A stretch of DNA of 64,000 nt from Candidatus Nanoarchaeia archaeon (lineage in GTDB: Archaea; Nanobdellota; Nanobdellia; SCGC-AAA011-G17; GW2011-AR18). The stretch is from NCBI GenBank assembly GCA_035289605.1, contig DATDWR010000022.1, positions 45,295-109,294 on the forward strand, in the 5' to 3' direction. The translations under genes were made by a program, and so were the position numbers. Positions 18,863 through 27,828 of the stretch are shown one piece after another. Each line of letters begins with the position of its first letter. Positions within the stretch are counted from its first letter, which is position 1. The notes below the pieces were generated by a model. It searched no databases and was not told the DNA's origin. It was given only the letters and a program-made list of their open reading frames with translations.

Positions 18863-21800
18863 TCACTTTTTTAGTTTAACTCTATAATGTTTTTTTGCTT
18901 TTATTGCATCTAAATCTACATTGTATTTATTGTGCGCCAGTATAAGTGCTATCATTAGTAGTAACGCGCCGCTGGCAGTTATTAATGAATAGAATATTAA
19001 TTTTTTTGTGTTGAATCTTCCTCCTGCATATTCTTTCGTCTCTAGTTTGCTGTATTCAGTTTTTGTTTCTTCTTCAGCTGGCTCTTTTCTGCGTTCTATT
19101 CCTACCAAATATAAACTCAATTTGTCGCTTTGTGCTGTATATTTCAGATTTCCGTTTTCTTCTCCATTATAATTAGTTTTTTTAGCAACCCATTTGCTGC
19201 CTTCCAGCCTGAATAATTTTATGTCATTAGGGCTGGCTTTATTATTTGTTATAAACTTCTTTTCTACTAAGAAAACCATTTCTATATCCTTAGCTTCTAT
19301 AGGTTGTATTTGGTTGGTTTGTGATTTGACAGCAAGTATTTCAAATGCTTTGTAAACAATATAATTTTCACTTTCTACATTTTTTTTGATGACCTGCAAT
19401 TTTATTCCCTCTATGTCAATGGACGGTTTGAAGGAGATTTCCATGATGCCTAACTCCCTGTTTTCAGGCTTGTAATTTATTGTAGATCCTCTTTTCGCGT
19501 TTTCTATATTTAAGACATTGGAAGCAGGAGGTAATGATCCTCTTTGTCCTCCGCCTCCTGAGCTTCTTCCTCCGCCTCCTCCATTTCCTTCACTGCTTTT
19601 CGCAGCAGATGTTGAGGGCTCAAACAACCATTCAGTAGCGCACCCGCTGCTTGAAAAGCTAGTATCTATAGTCTCGACGCACCAGAAATATTTTTTGCTG
19701 TTGTCTAATCCCAATGTTATATTACGCATCTGTTGCATGTTGCCGAAGGTGCCTGCTGCTGGTTTGCTTGAAAAACCGAAAACTTCGCTGATCACATCTC
19801 TCGCGCCAGATGAGGATCCTATTCTTAGTCTGTAATACAATCCGTCATTAGGTGTTTCAGTGTCATTTCCTGAAGTCCAGCTGAAATTTATAATATTATC
19901 TGAGTGGTCTATGAAGAAAAGTTGAGGCCTGTTTGGTCTTGTATTCGTATTCTCAATTTTATTTGTGTAAACAAAAGATCTTGCTTGAGAGGAAGTGTTT
20001 CCTGTCAGTATCATGTCCAGCTTTGTGTCGTTGTTTAAATCCATCAATAAAAGCACTGAAAAGTCCAGTGCTGTTAAATTATTGTTTAATGAGCTGTTTG
20101 AAGCAAAGCTTGTGCCGTTGTTTGTGTAAATTTTGGTGATTATGTCTGTGCCTGAACAGCTGGATCCTGTGTTGCATCCTGCTACAGCAAGATCAAGTTT
20201 GCCGTCATTGTTTACGTCGCCCAATTGTGCTTCTCCTCTGGCTGCAGTGTCAAGATCAACTTCCCATGTGGTGTTTCTTACAAAGCCGCTTCCGTTATTC
20301 TGGTAAATAATTCTGAATACAGTTCCGTTGTAGCCGTACCATGCAAGGTCCATGTCCCTGTCATTGTCTATGTCTCCGGATGCTATTGATGCCAATGCTG
20401 ATACAAAATTAACGCTCCATGTGCTGTTTGTCACATAGCTTGTTCCGTTGTTTTCATAAAACTGAGAGAATGGTCCCGAACCGCAATTAGTTGATTCATC
20501 ATTTGTTGATGGGCATCCTGACATGACTAAGTCTAAGTCATTGTCGTTGTCAGCATCTGTAAAAATGCTTGACCCGAATGCAAGGAATGTTATATTATTT
20601 GAGTAAGTATTGTTATAAATGAAAGAAGTTCCGTTGTTTGTGTAAACACCGCCGCTGGAGCTTGGGCAGGAAGTTGAGTTGCATCCTGTAATAAATAAGT
20701 CTATTAGTCCGTCTTCATTGATGTATCCTAATTGCACATTGCCTAAATACAAGTCTGTAGCATTCATTCCCCAGACTCTGTCTTCTGCAAAGCTTGTGCC
20801 GTTGTTAAGGAATACTTGTGTGTATATTGTTTTGTTTGCATCTCTTCCCATAGCAACAAGGTCTGTGTCTCCGTCCCTGTCTATGTCAGCTAACGCTCCT
20901 GAAGGTTGCCCGAGACCAGTTAGGTTTATCCCCCAGCTGTTGTTGACAGCGAGTGCAGTTCCATTATTGATGAACACCTTTCCGAAGCAGTCAGCGCTTC
21001 TGTTTACAGCATAGTCTGTGCAGCTGGAGCTGTCTCCAAAGATTATGACATCATTATAGCTGTCATTGTTTACATCGCCTCCTATTATTGCTCCCTTGAA
21101 TAATGCTGTTAGATTGTCTCCGAACGTGAAATTTTGCAGGAAGAATATATTTATTATGCTTGTAGTTATGTTGATGCTGCTGTTGGCCAGCGCATCGTTG
21201 CTTATGTTTACTCTGATTCCTGCTGTATAGTTTCCTATGGACTTGCTTGCTACTTGTAGTGTTGTCTCAAAGCTTGTTCCCCTTCCGGCAATGTTCCTTA
21301 TTGTAAAATTTGTGCTTGTATCATTAAACATTGCTGTGTCAGCGTTGTTGAAGTTAAATACGTAAACTGTTATGTTTTCTGTCTGGTTTCCGTCTCCGTC
21401 ATTTCTTATGGTTATTGTATAGCTCGTATTTGTGTCTGAATCTATAGTTTTATCAAACAAGTTGGTGCTCACGTTTAATTCTTTTAAATTCAGCAGGCTG
21501 ATCCTGGGCAGGTAGTCATTGGTCACGTTTTTGGCTGTGGTGTTTGTTACATTTACAGGTATGTCGCAGAAATCATTAGTGTTTATATCTAAGCATCCTT
21601 CTATCGGCCTGTCAAATTCCTGCCATAAGTTTCCTCCGCCTTCAGATGATGATGTGTTCCAGCTGTTGTTAAATCCGTCATCTATTATATTGCTTTTGTT
21701 TGTGAAGTTGTTCATGAATATCAGGCTGTTGTTTGTTCCCTTGTCCAAAGTTATAGTGTACCCAAAACATTTGGAAAATGTGTTATTATACATTCTGTTT

Positions 21801-23926
21801 TGTAGTGATCCTTGGCCTGCTATGCAGTCCCCGCCTCCATCGCCTGTGATATTTACATATATAGTATTAAGATAAATGCTGTTATTGTTTGCATTCTGTA
21901 TTTTTATTGCATCGCCTCCTCCTGAAAGCTTGTCTGAATTTGTCATTGTTATATTATTGTTGAAAAGAGAATTATTATTTGAATCTTGAAGCCATACGCC
22001 TATGTCTGTTCCATTAACCCCTATAATATTAGAAATTATATAAGTGTTATTAGAGCCTGTCTGCAGGTATATAGCGTGGCTCGTATTGTCTGTTCCGTTT
22101 ATTTTGTTGAATGTTATGTTATTATATAATGCCTGGCTTGTTGTAATTGCGTAAAAGCGTCCAGACTTTAGTCCTGTTGATATGCTGAAGTTATTGTTGT
22201 TTATTACTGTAAAGCTGGTGTTGCTTACTAGTTCTATAGCTGCCAGGCCTGTACTGCTGGAAGTATACCTTGTTATGTTAAAGAGATTGAAGCTGATATT
22301 AACATTTCTTGAGTTGGAGATGGATGCTATTCCGTATAATATATTGTTGTAAACTAAGTTATTGTCTGCCCTGTTTTGCATTCTTATGGTTATGTTGTTG
22401 CTGTCTATCATATCTATGGTGTTGTTCTCTGCAGTGATATTTCTAGAACCGTCTATGTCTATTCCTAGTCCTTTTCCTGCTATTGTATTGTTTGATATTG
22501 TTATGTTGGATCCGCTGACTTCTATGGCGCTGTCTGCTGTTGTTATTAGTGTTGACATGTTTATCACGTTGTATCTTAGCAGGCTGTTGTTCATGGCTGG
22601 TGATATAATCACTCCATTGGTATTGTCTCTTGTGACTATTAGTGTGTTGTTCTCAAAAGTGTGGTTTGTTCCTGATACAAACCTTACAAGATATCCTCCT
22701 GAAGGGTCTGAATTCGTGCTGAATATCTTATTATGCTTCATGACGCTGTGGTTGTTGTCTATTGATATGCCACTGGTGGTTGTTCCTGATGTTCCTGAGC
22801 CTATAGATGTAAAATTGGAGTTTACAGCATTAAATGTCGTGTTGGGATTTACTTCTATATAATAATTTTTAGTTCCGTCAGCTGTTAATGATGTCAATCT
22901 ACTGTAATTTATGCTTAGGTTGCCGTAATTTTGCAGGTAAAATTCTCCTGTGCTTGAGCTGTTGAAGTTTAATGACACATTGTAGATATTTAGTTCTCCT
23001 CCTGCTATGACTTTTATTATTGCTGTGGATATTACGAATCCTGTGGCATTGTCATAATTAAAAAATCTCGTGTTGTTGATTTCATTGTGTAGTGTCTGCA
23101 TTGTATTTCCTTTGCCTGTTACCTCTATTGTGCTTCCTGACAGGACACTCGGGTCTATTGTTACTGGAAATGAGAGTTGTTCAAACGGCGTGTCAATGAA
23201 CAGGTCAAGAAATAAGCCGTTCTCATTGGACCTGATTGCATATCTTGTATCTACTCTTCTTGGTGCTAGAACATATTGTATTATATCTCCTGATGAATTA
23301 GTTGTATTTATGGTATAGTTGTCATATCCGTATGGCTTGACTATTTCTAATGCCCTGATGTTTCCTATGCTTGTTCTTAAAACAACAGAGCCATGAGAAG
23401 ATGTATAGTTCAATGTATTTGTAACAATTTTGAAAGTAAAATTTCTAGGTGCTGTTCCATTGTGTAATGTTATTGTTTTTCTTATGCCGTATGGCAGAAC
23501 TTCATATTTTATGTCTGTGGCATTATAGGCATTATAGTAAGTTATTGTATTGTCTGTAACGTTTACACTAGTGATATTGTTATTGTTTATGAACTGCATT
23601 GTGATATTTCTTGAGGTTGATAATACTATTGCCTTTATTGTAAAGAATGATTCGTTCACGTCAACAGAGTCATCAAAATCCAGCGACAAAAATCTGCCCA
23701 GGCTGGCATTATAATTCATAATGCCTCCAGCTGATAATGTGGTATTGGCAGTTGCAGCTCCGAATCCCTGATATAGCGTTGATTGGCCGTAAACTGTTAG
23801 AGTGCTTATGATTAAAAAAAATAGGAATAAGAGAGCTAGGTATATTAGTGATTTTTTGTTGTTTGCATTGGCTTTCGTATTGTCGCAGTGCATTCCGCCT
23901 TTTTGATTTTTTATTTTCTTGCTCAT
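18863..23926 (-). CDS. Giant surface protein: beta-helix, FG-GAP/VCBS propeller, FN3-like and PGF-pre-PGF-like domains, C-terminal TM
   Basis: Repeated GDxxNDGxxD Ca-binding motifs, Asn-rich beta-helix, DIKLFRLEGSKW...YTAQSDKLSLY. Confidence 0.8.
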   Translation of the reverse strand: MSKKIKNQKGGMHCDNTKANANNKKSLIYLALLFLFFLIISTLTVYGQSTLYQGFGAATANTTLSAGGIMNYNASLGRFLSLDFDDSVDVNESFFTIKAIVLSTSRNITMQFINNNNITSVNVTDNTITYYNAYNATDIKYEVLPYGIRKTITLHNGTAPRNFTFKIVTNTLNYTSSHGSVVLRTSIGNIRALEIVKPYGYDNYTINTTNSSGDIIQYVLAPRRVDTRYAIRSNENGLFLDLFIDTPFEQLSFPVTIDPSVLSGSTIEVTGKGNTMQTLHNEINNTRFFNYDNATGFVISTAIIKVIAGGELNIYNVSLNFNSSSTGEFYLQNYGNLSINYSRLTSLTADGTKNYYIEVNPNTTFNAVNSNFTSIGSGTSGTTTSGISIDNNHSVMKHNKIFSTNSDPSGGYLVRFVSGTNHTFENNTLIVTRDNTNGVIISPAMNNSLLRYNVINMSTLITTADSAIEVSGSNITISNNTIAGKGLGIDIDGSRNITAENNTIDMIDSNNITIRMQNRADNNLVYNNILYGIASISNSRNVNISFNLFNITRYTSSSTGLAAIELVSNTSFTVINNNNFSISTGLKSGRFYAITTSQALYNNITFNKINGTDNTSHAIYLQTGSNNTYIISNIIGVNGTDIGVWLQDSNNNSLFNNNITMTNSDKLSGGGDAIKIQNANNNSIYLNTIYVNITGDGGGDCIAGQGSLQNRMYNNTFSKCFGYTITLDKGTNNSLIFMNNFTNKSNIIDDGFNNSWNTSSSEGGGNLWQEFDRPIEGCLDINTNDFCDIPVNVTNTTAKNVTNDYLPRISLLNLKELNVSTNLFDKTIDSDTNTSYTITIRNDGDGNQTENITVYVFNFNNADTAMFNDTSTNFTIRNIAGRGTSFETTLQVASKSIGNYTAGIRVNISNDALANSSINITTSIINIFFLQNFTFGDNLTALFKGAIIGGDVNNDSYNDVIIFGDSSSCTDYAVNRSADCFGKVFINNGTALAVNNSWGINLTGLGQPSGALADIDRDGDTDLVAMGRDANKTIYTQVFLNNGTSFAEDRVWGMNATDLYLGNVQLGYINEDGLIDLFITGCNSTSCPSSSGGVYTNNGTSFIYNNTYSNNITFLAFGSSIFTDADNDNDLDLVMSGCPSTNDESTNCGSGPFSQFYENNGTSYVTNSTWSVNFVSALASIASGDIDNDRDMDLAWYGYNGTVFRIIYQNNGSGFVRNTTWEVDLDTAARGEAQLGDVNNDGKLDLAVAGCNTGSSCSGTDIITKIYTNNGTSFASNSSLNNNLTALDFSVLLLMDLNNDTKLDMILTGNTSSQARSFVYTNKIENTNTRPNRPQLFFIDHSDNIINFSWTSGNDTETPNDGLYYRLRIGSSSGARDVISEVFGFSSKPAAGTFGNMQQMRNITLGLDNSKKYFWCVETIDTSFSSSGCATEWLFEPSTSAAKSSEGNGGGGGRSSGGGGQRGSLPPASNVLNIENAKRGSTINYKPENRELGIMEISFKPSIDIEGIKLQVIKKNVESENYIVYKAFEILAVKSQTNQIQPIEAKDIEMVFLVEKKFITNNKASPNDIKLFRLEGSKWVAKKTNYNGEENGNLKYTAQSDKLSLYLVGIERRKEPAEEETKTEYSKLETKEYAGGRFNTKKLIFYSLITASGALLLMIALILAHNKYNVDLDAIKAKKHYRVKLKK

Positions 23927-23941
23927 GTTTTTAGTGTTCTT

Positions 23942-24085
23942 TCACTTTCTTTTTCTTAGCTTGTTCCAGTAAGGACTCTTGCATTTCGGGCAGACTGTAG
24001 GTTCTTTGGATATGTTGTGCGGAACCCACTTGTGGCTGCATCTTTCGCAGAGAAATCCTTCTATTTTTATGAAAACCTTTGTCAT
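23942..24085 (-). CDS. Small zinc-ribbon protein (47 aa)
   Basis: MTKVFIKIEGFLCERCSHKWVPHNISKEPTVCPKCKSPYWNKLRKRK; two CxxC; below ORF-track cutoff. Confidence 0.8.
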   Translation of the reverse strand: MTKVFIKIEGFLCERCSHKWVPHNISKEPTVCPKCKSPYWNKLRKRK

Positions 24086-24197
24086 AGCTATTATTTTCTT
24101 ACTTTTATAGTATATTAATGTTTTGTATATTATTATAAAAGTATATAATGATAAAAAACCAAAAGTATAAAAACATGATATCTCAATAAGATTTTTA

Positions 24198-24698
24198 ATG
24201 ATAAATAAAGAGCAGAGAGTTGGCGTATTTGTAGATGTGCAGAACCTTTACTATTCTGCAAGGGCTTTGTATAATGCTAAGGTGAATTTCAAGGAAATGC
24301 TTAAGGAGGCAGTAAGGGGAAGAAAGCTTGTCAGGGCAATAGCTTATGGTGTCAAGGCAAATGAGAAAGATGAAGTGCTTTTTCATAAGGCTTTGGATGA
24401 GATAGGTTTTGAAGTTAAGCTAAAAGACTTGCAGGTTTTTTATGGCGGAGCTAAGAAGGGGGACTGGGATGTTGGCATTGCTATAGATGCTATAGAGTTG
24501 GCTCCTAAGCTTGATGTTGCAGTGCTCGTAAGTGGTGATGGTGATTATGTTCCGCTGGTTGAGCATCTTAAGCGTGCTCTTGGCTGTCGCGTGGAGGTTA
24601 TGGCCTTCGGAAGAAGCTGCAGCGGAAAATTGATAGATTCTGCTGACCAGTTCAGTGACATGGATCACAATAAAAAATATATTTTATCTAAAAAATAA
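24198..24698 (+). CDS. NYN/LabA-DUF88 PIN-like protein
   Basis: VFVDVQNLY, KGDWDVGIAID, LVSGDGDYVPLV. Confidence 0.92.
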   Translation: MINKEQRVGVFVDVQNLYYSARALYNAKVNFKEMLKEAVRGRKLVRAIAYGVKANEKDEVLFHKALDEIGFEVKLKDLQVFYGGAKKGDWDVGIAIDAIELAPKLDVAVLVSGDGDYVPLVEHLKRALGCRVEVMAFGRSCSGKLIDSADQFSDMDHNKKYILSKK

Positions 24699-24704
24699 AA
24701 TTTT

Positions 24705-25157
24705 ATGCCTCATGAAAGATCATTCGGAAGTGTGATAATAAGAAAAGAAGGAAATAATGTTTTTTATCTTCTTCTTTATAGAAAATCTCATGGCAATTAC
24801 AAAGAATCGTGGGACTTTCCTCGTGGCTTGATTGAAAAGGATGAGAATCCTGAAGATACAGTAAAAAGAGAAGTCAAAGAGGAAACAGGATTAACCAATT
24901 TGAAATTTATAAAAGGCTTTAAGGAAACTATTAAGTGGTTTTACAGAAAAGATGGAATGCTTATAAGCAAAGAAGCTACTTACTTTCTCGCAGAGACTAG
25001 CAGCAAGGAAATAAAATTAAGCAAAGAGCATGATGGTTATAGGTGGTGCATCTATGAAGAAGCTTTAAAATTGATTAAATTTGAGAATACTAGGAACATT
25101 CTTAATAAGGCAAGGGAATTTCTGGCTAATTCCTTATTTTTCTATTGCTGGCTTTAG
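24705..25157 (+). CDS. NUDIX hydrolase (Ap4A hydrolase-like)
   Basis: WDFPRG-x-REVKEETG Nudix box, LSKEH. Confidence 0.9.
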   Translation: MPHERSFGSVIIRKEGNNVFYLLLYRKSHGNYKESWDFPRGLIEKDENPEDTVKREVKEETGLTNLKFIKGFKETIKWFYRKDGMLISKEATYFLAETSSKEIKLSKEHDGYRWCIYEEALKLIKFENTRNILNKAREFLANSLFFYCWL

Positions 25158-25761
25158 GCTTATTTGCTTCTTTTTGTTTAAAATATTCTATTTCAGCTTG
25201 ATTAGTTAAGCGTTTTATTTGTGCAGCTTGTGCTGAAGAATAAACAAGTTGTCCTGTTGGTGATCTCATGGTTTGTATTCCTTCCTCTTCAGCTAGCCTT
25301 TGCATAAAGTCTTTTATTTGCGTTGCAGGTATTTTTTCTCCTGCAATTATTAGGCTGGTTATTAGCTCATCTGCGAGGTAATAAGTTTCTTCGCCGTCTC
25401 TGGCAGTATATTTTTCTGGATCAATTCCAGGATAATCAGCTCTTAAGTCCTCAGCTGTTTTGAATTCTTTGTCATAATATAATTGTCTGAGTGCTTTTCT
25501 CAATTTTGCTCCCAGCCTGCATCTCATCTCTCTTGATAAATCTTCAAGCCCTGATCTGGTGAAATATATATTGGATGCGCCGTTATTTCTGAACACATAG
25601 CCTGTTAATATATTATTTCTCACGCCGTTATCAACATCATCTGCAGCAATTACTTCTCCAGACAGTTGGTCCAGCCTGATATAAAGTTCAGTAGCTATTA
25701 ATTCTAGCGTTGGCTCATCCCCAGCTGTTCCATTAGACTTGTTTTTCATAAATTTTGTCAT
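25126..25761 (-). CDS. Hypothetical protein, possibly MerR-like wHTH repeats
   Basis: Long ORF; RSPTGQLVYSSAQ resembles a MerR wing. Confidence 0.5.
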   Translation of the reverse strand: MTKFMKNKSNGTAGDEPTLELIATELYIRLDQLSGEVIAADDVDNGVRNNILTGYVFRNNGASNIYFTRSGLEDLSREMRCRLGAKLRKALRQLYYDKEFKTAEDLRADYPGIDPEKYTARDGEETYYLADELITSLIIAGEKIPATQIKDFMQRLAEEEGIQTMRSPTGQLVYSSAQAAQIKRLTNQAEIEYFKQKEANKPKASNRKIRN

Positions 25762-25894
25762 TCAAAAAAATATTTAAAGGTTATAGTTTATTTTTTAGTA
25801 TAGATGCAAAATTCAAAAATTTAAACCAAGTTTTCTGTAAACTTTATGTTTTATTTTGGGATAATTTTATAAAGACTGAAATAAATAAGATTAT

Positions 25895-26083
25895 GTGGTA
25901 AATGATGAAAAAATAGGTTTCCATAAGGGTTGCCTCACTACTTTAAGCAAGGAAAGGGAAGAATTGCTGAAATTGGTGAACATTACTGAGCAGCTTATGG
26001 GTCTGCACTTGAATGCCTTGAAGGAATTGGGTATTGATTTGGAAAAGGAAGGCAAAAATACAGCTGAGGTAAAGCAAAAATGA
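25895..26083 (+). CDS. Small hypothetical protein
   Basis: IGFHKGCLTTLSKEREEL; TATA upstream; ATGA overlap with next ORF. Confidence 0.65.
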   Translation: MVNDEKIGFHKGCLTTLSKEREELLKLVNITEQLMGLHLNALKELGIDLEKEGKNTAEVKQK

Positions 26084-26250
26084 TTGAATTAATAGATAAT
26101 AAAATTTTTATTGCTGCATCATTATTTATTGGAAGTTTTATAATATTTAAGTTTCTTACAAGAAAGAATAAAGATTTAATTAAGTTGGAAGTTGAGTACA
26201 ATGAAATTATTAATTCCGACAAACACAAAGTCAAGGGTCAGTATGATTAA
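26080..26250 (+). CDS. Small single-TM protein (56 aa)
   Basis: MIELIDNKIFIAASLFIGSFIIFKFLTRKNK...EIINSDKHKVKGQYD; ATGA-coupled. Confidence 0.6.
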   Translation: MIELIDNKIFIAASLFIGSFIIFKFLTRKNKDLIKLEVEYNEIINSDKHKVKGQYD

Positions 26251-26292
26251 GCTGTAGAAAGGTTTAAAAATATTGTTTACTGCTCAATTGAT

Positions 26293-26490
26293 ATGATTAT
26301 TCCAATATGTTGTCTGGGCTGCGGCAAACCAGTAGCTCATTTATATGAGGATTTTAAAGATAGAACTTCTAAAGGAGAGCATCCTAAGAAAGTAATGGAT
26401 GAATTGGGTTTGGAAAGGTATTGTTGCAGGGCTTTGTTTATGGGCCATGTTGATCTTCTTGATACTGTGGCTAAATTCAAGAAAGCATAA
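26293..26490 (+). CDS. rpoN: RNA polymerase subunit N (Rpo10)
   Basis: MIIPICCLGCGK...LGLERYCCR. Confidence 0.95.
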   Translation: MIIPICCLGCGKPVAHLYEDFKDRTSKGEHPKKVMDELGLERYCCRALFMGHVDLLDTVAKFKKA

Positions 26491-26625
26491 TTTTTAAATT
26501 GTTTTATTTTCAAAGACTAGCAGTTCTGTTTACTAGAGATTATTAAATTATTTATTTTATTGTTACTGTTTCGCGGTTTTGTCGCAGATTAATCAGTTAA
26601 TTTTGATTGTCTAATTTTGTAGTTT

Positions 26626-26772
26626 CTACTTAAAGATAAAGAATGTTAATACAAAAATTACAATCCATATTACGAATGCTACTAAGGCCCAGTCTTTTTT
26701 CCTTAAAAACGAGGTTATAGCTAGACTTAGTGTTGCTATAATTAATGGTATTAATTTTATTGGGTCTGTCAT
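26626..26772 (-). CDS. Small two-TM protein (48 aa)
   Basis: MTDPIKLIPLIIATLSLAITSFLRKKDWALVAFVIWIVIFVLTFFIFK. Confidence 0.5.
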   Translation of the reverse strand: MTDPIKLIPLIIATLSLAITSFLRKKDWALVAFVIWIVIFVLTFFIFK

Positions 26773-26945
26773 CTTACATTAGCTCCTATTACTAATAAAA
26801 AGTTTCCGAAAGCAAAAATTACTTGTGCTATAACATTTGATGGATTGGAAACTAAAAATGGTAAAGACAAAACGATTATAGCTGTAGCTGTTAATCTTAA
26901 AATAAACCCAGTTGTCAAGTGTAAATCTCCTGCTTCGTTAACCAT
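26769..26945 (-). CDS. Small two-TM protein (58 aa)
   Basis: MVNEAGDLHLTTGFILRLTATAIIVLSLPFLVSNPSNVIAQVIFAFGNFLLVIGANVR; ATGA overlap with next ORF. Confidence 0.5.
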   Translation of the reverse strand: MVNEAGDLHLTTGFILRLTATAIIVLSLPFLVSNPSNVIAQVIFAFGNFLLVIGANVR

Positions 26946-27078
26946 CTTATTAAATTAATAAATGACTAGCCGCCTTATAACATTTTCTAAATTTTAATTT
27001 TAGTTGATGAATGCGAAAGGTTTTACTAACTGACGAGTTTCTTGACAGAACCTATTTCTGTTAGCATAAAAGTTAATA

Positions 27079-27260
27079 TACTTACATAATAAGTATATAT
27101 TACTTACTTATTAAGTAGATAAAACATAATAATAAATATAAATACTTACATAATAAGTATATAATTTTTTAATTTAATTATATATAATATTAAATGATTA
27201 TTACTTACAAAATAAGTAAAATAGATAAATTTATATATAAAATTACTTACTTAATAAGTA
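27079..27260. promoter_or_regulatory. Array of five 17-bp palindromes TACTTA-N5-TAAGTA
   Basis: Copies start at 27079, 27101, 27143, 27202, 27244; the last ends 4 nt before the HTH start codon. Confidence 0.8.
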
Positions 27261-27264
27261 AAAA

Positions 27265-27828
27265 ATGAATAAAAGAGATAGATATAGTAATTTTTCTAGA
27301 GATTTTGCTAGTTCTAAAAATACAGAAGCAATAAATTTGTTCTTAAAGTTTTTAGAGAAAGAAAAAGATTATGCAAAGAATAATATCGAAGAAGTAATAG
27401 AAATTGTAAAAAATCTTGAAGAAAAAAAATCTTTCAATGGCTCTTTGCCTTGCAATATTTTCAATGTGAAGGAACTAAGTTCTTTAGAAATAATAGCGAA
27501 ATATATCAGGGAGGAATTTAGTCTTTCTTATCATGAAATTGCAGTAATCCTTAACAGAGACGATAGGACTATTTGGTCAACTTACAATAATTCTCTTAAA
27601 AAATATAACAGAAAACTTGAGTGGCAGGGATCAAAATATTTTATTCCTGTTTCAATATTCAAAGATAGGGTATTCGGGGTTTTGGAATTAATTTGCGAAT
27701 ATCTGAAGGATAATTTTTCTCTTTCATACCATGATGTAGCTGTGATTGTAAACAGGAATGATAGGACTGTGTGGACTGCATATCAAAGGGCTAAGAAAAA
27801 GAGGTTAAATGAAAAACTACGACGCTAA
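27265..27828 (+). CDS. Tandem-HTH putative transcription regulator
   Basis: Two repeats LSYHEIAVILNRDDRTIWSTY / LSYHDVAVIVNRNDRTVWTAY; paralog of 6027-6548. Confidence 0.78.
   Translation: MNKRDRYSNFSRDFASSKNTEAINLFLKFLEKEKDYAKNNIEEVIEIVKNLEEKKSFNGSLPCNIFNVKELSSLEIIAKYIREEFSLSYHEIAVILNRDDRTIWSTYNNSLKKYNRKLEWQGSKYFIPVSIFKDRVFGVLELICEYLKDNFSLSYHDVAVIVNRNDRTVWTAYQRAKKKRLNEKLRR

Noticed and set aside
27079..27260. CRISPR array or replication origin
   Set aside because: Repeats are only 17 bp with irregular 5-42 bp AT-rich gaps; no cas or cdc6/orc1 nearby; no ORB G-string.
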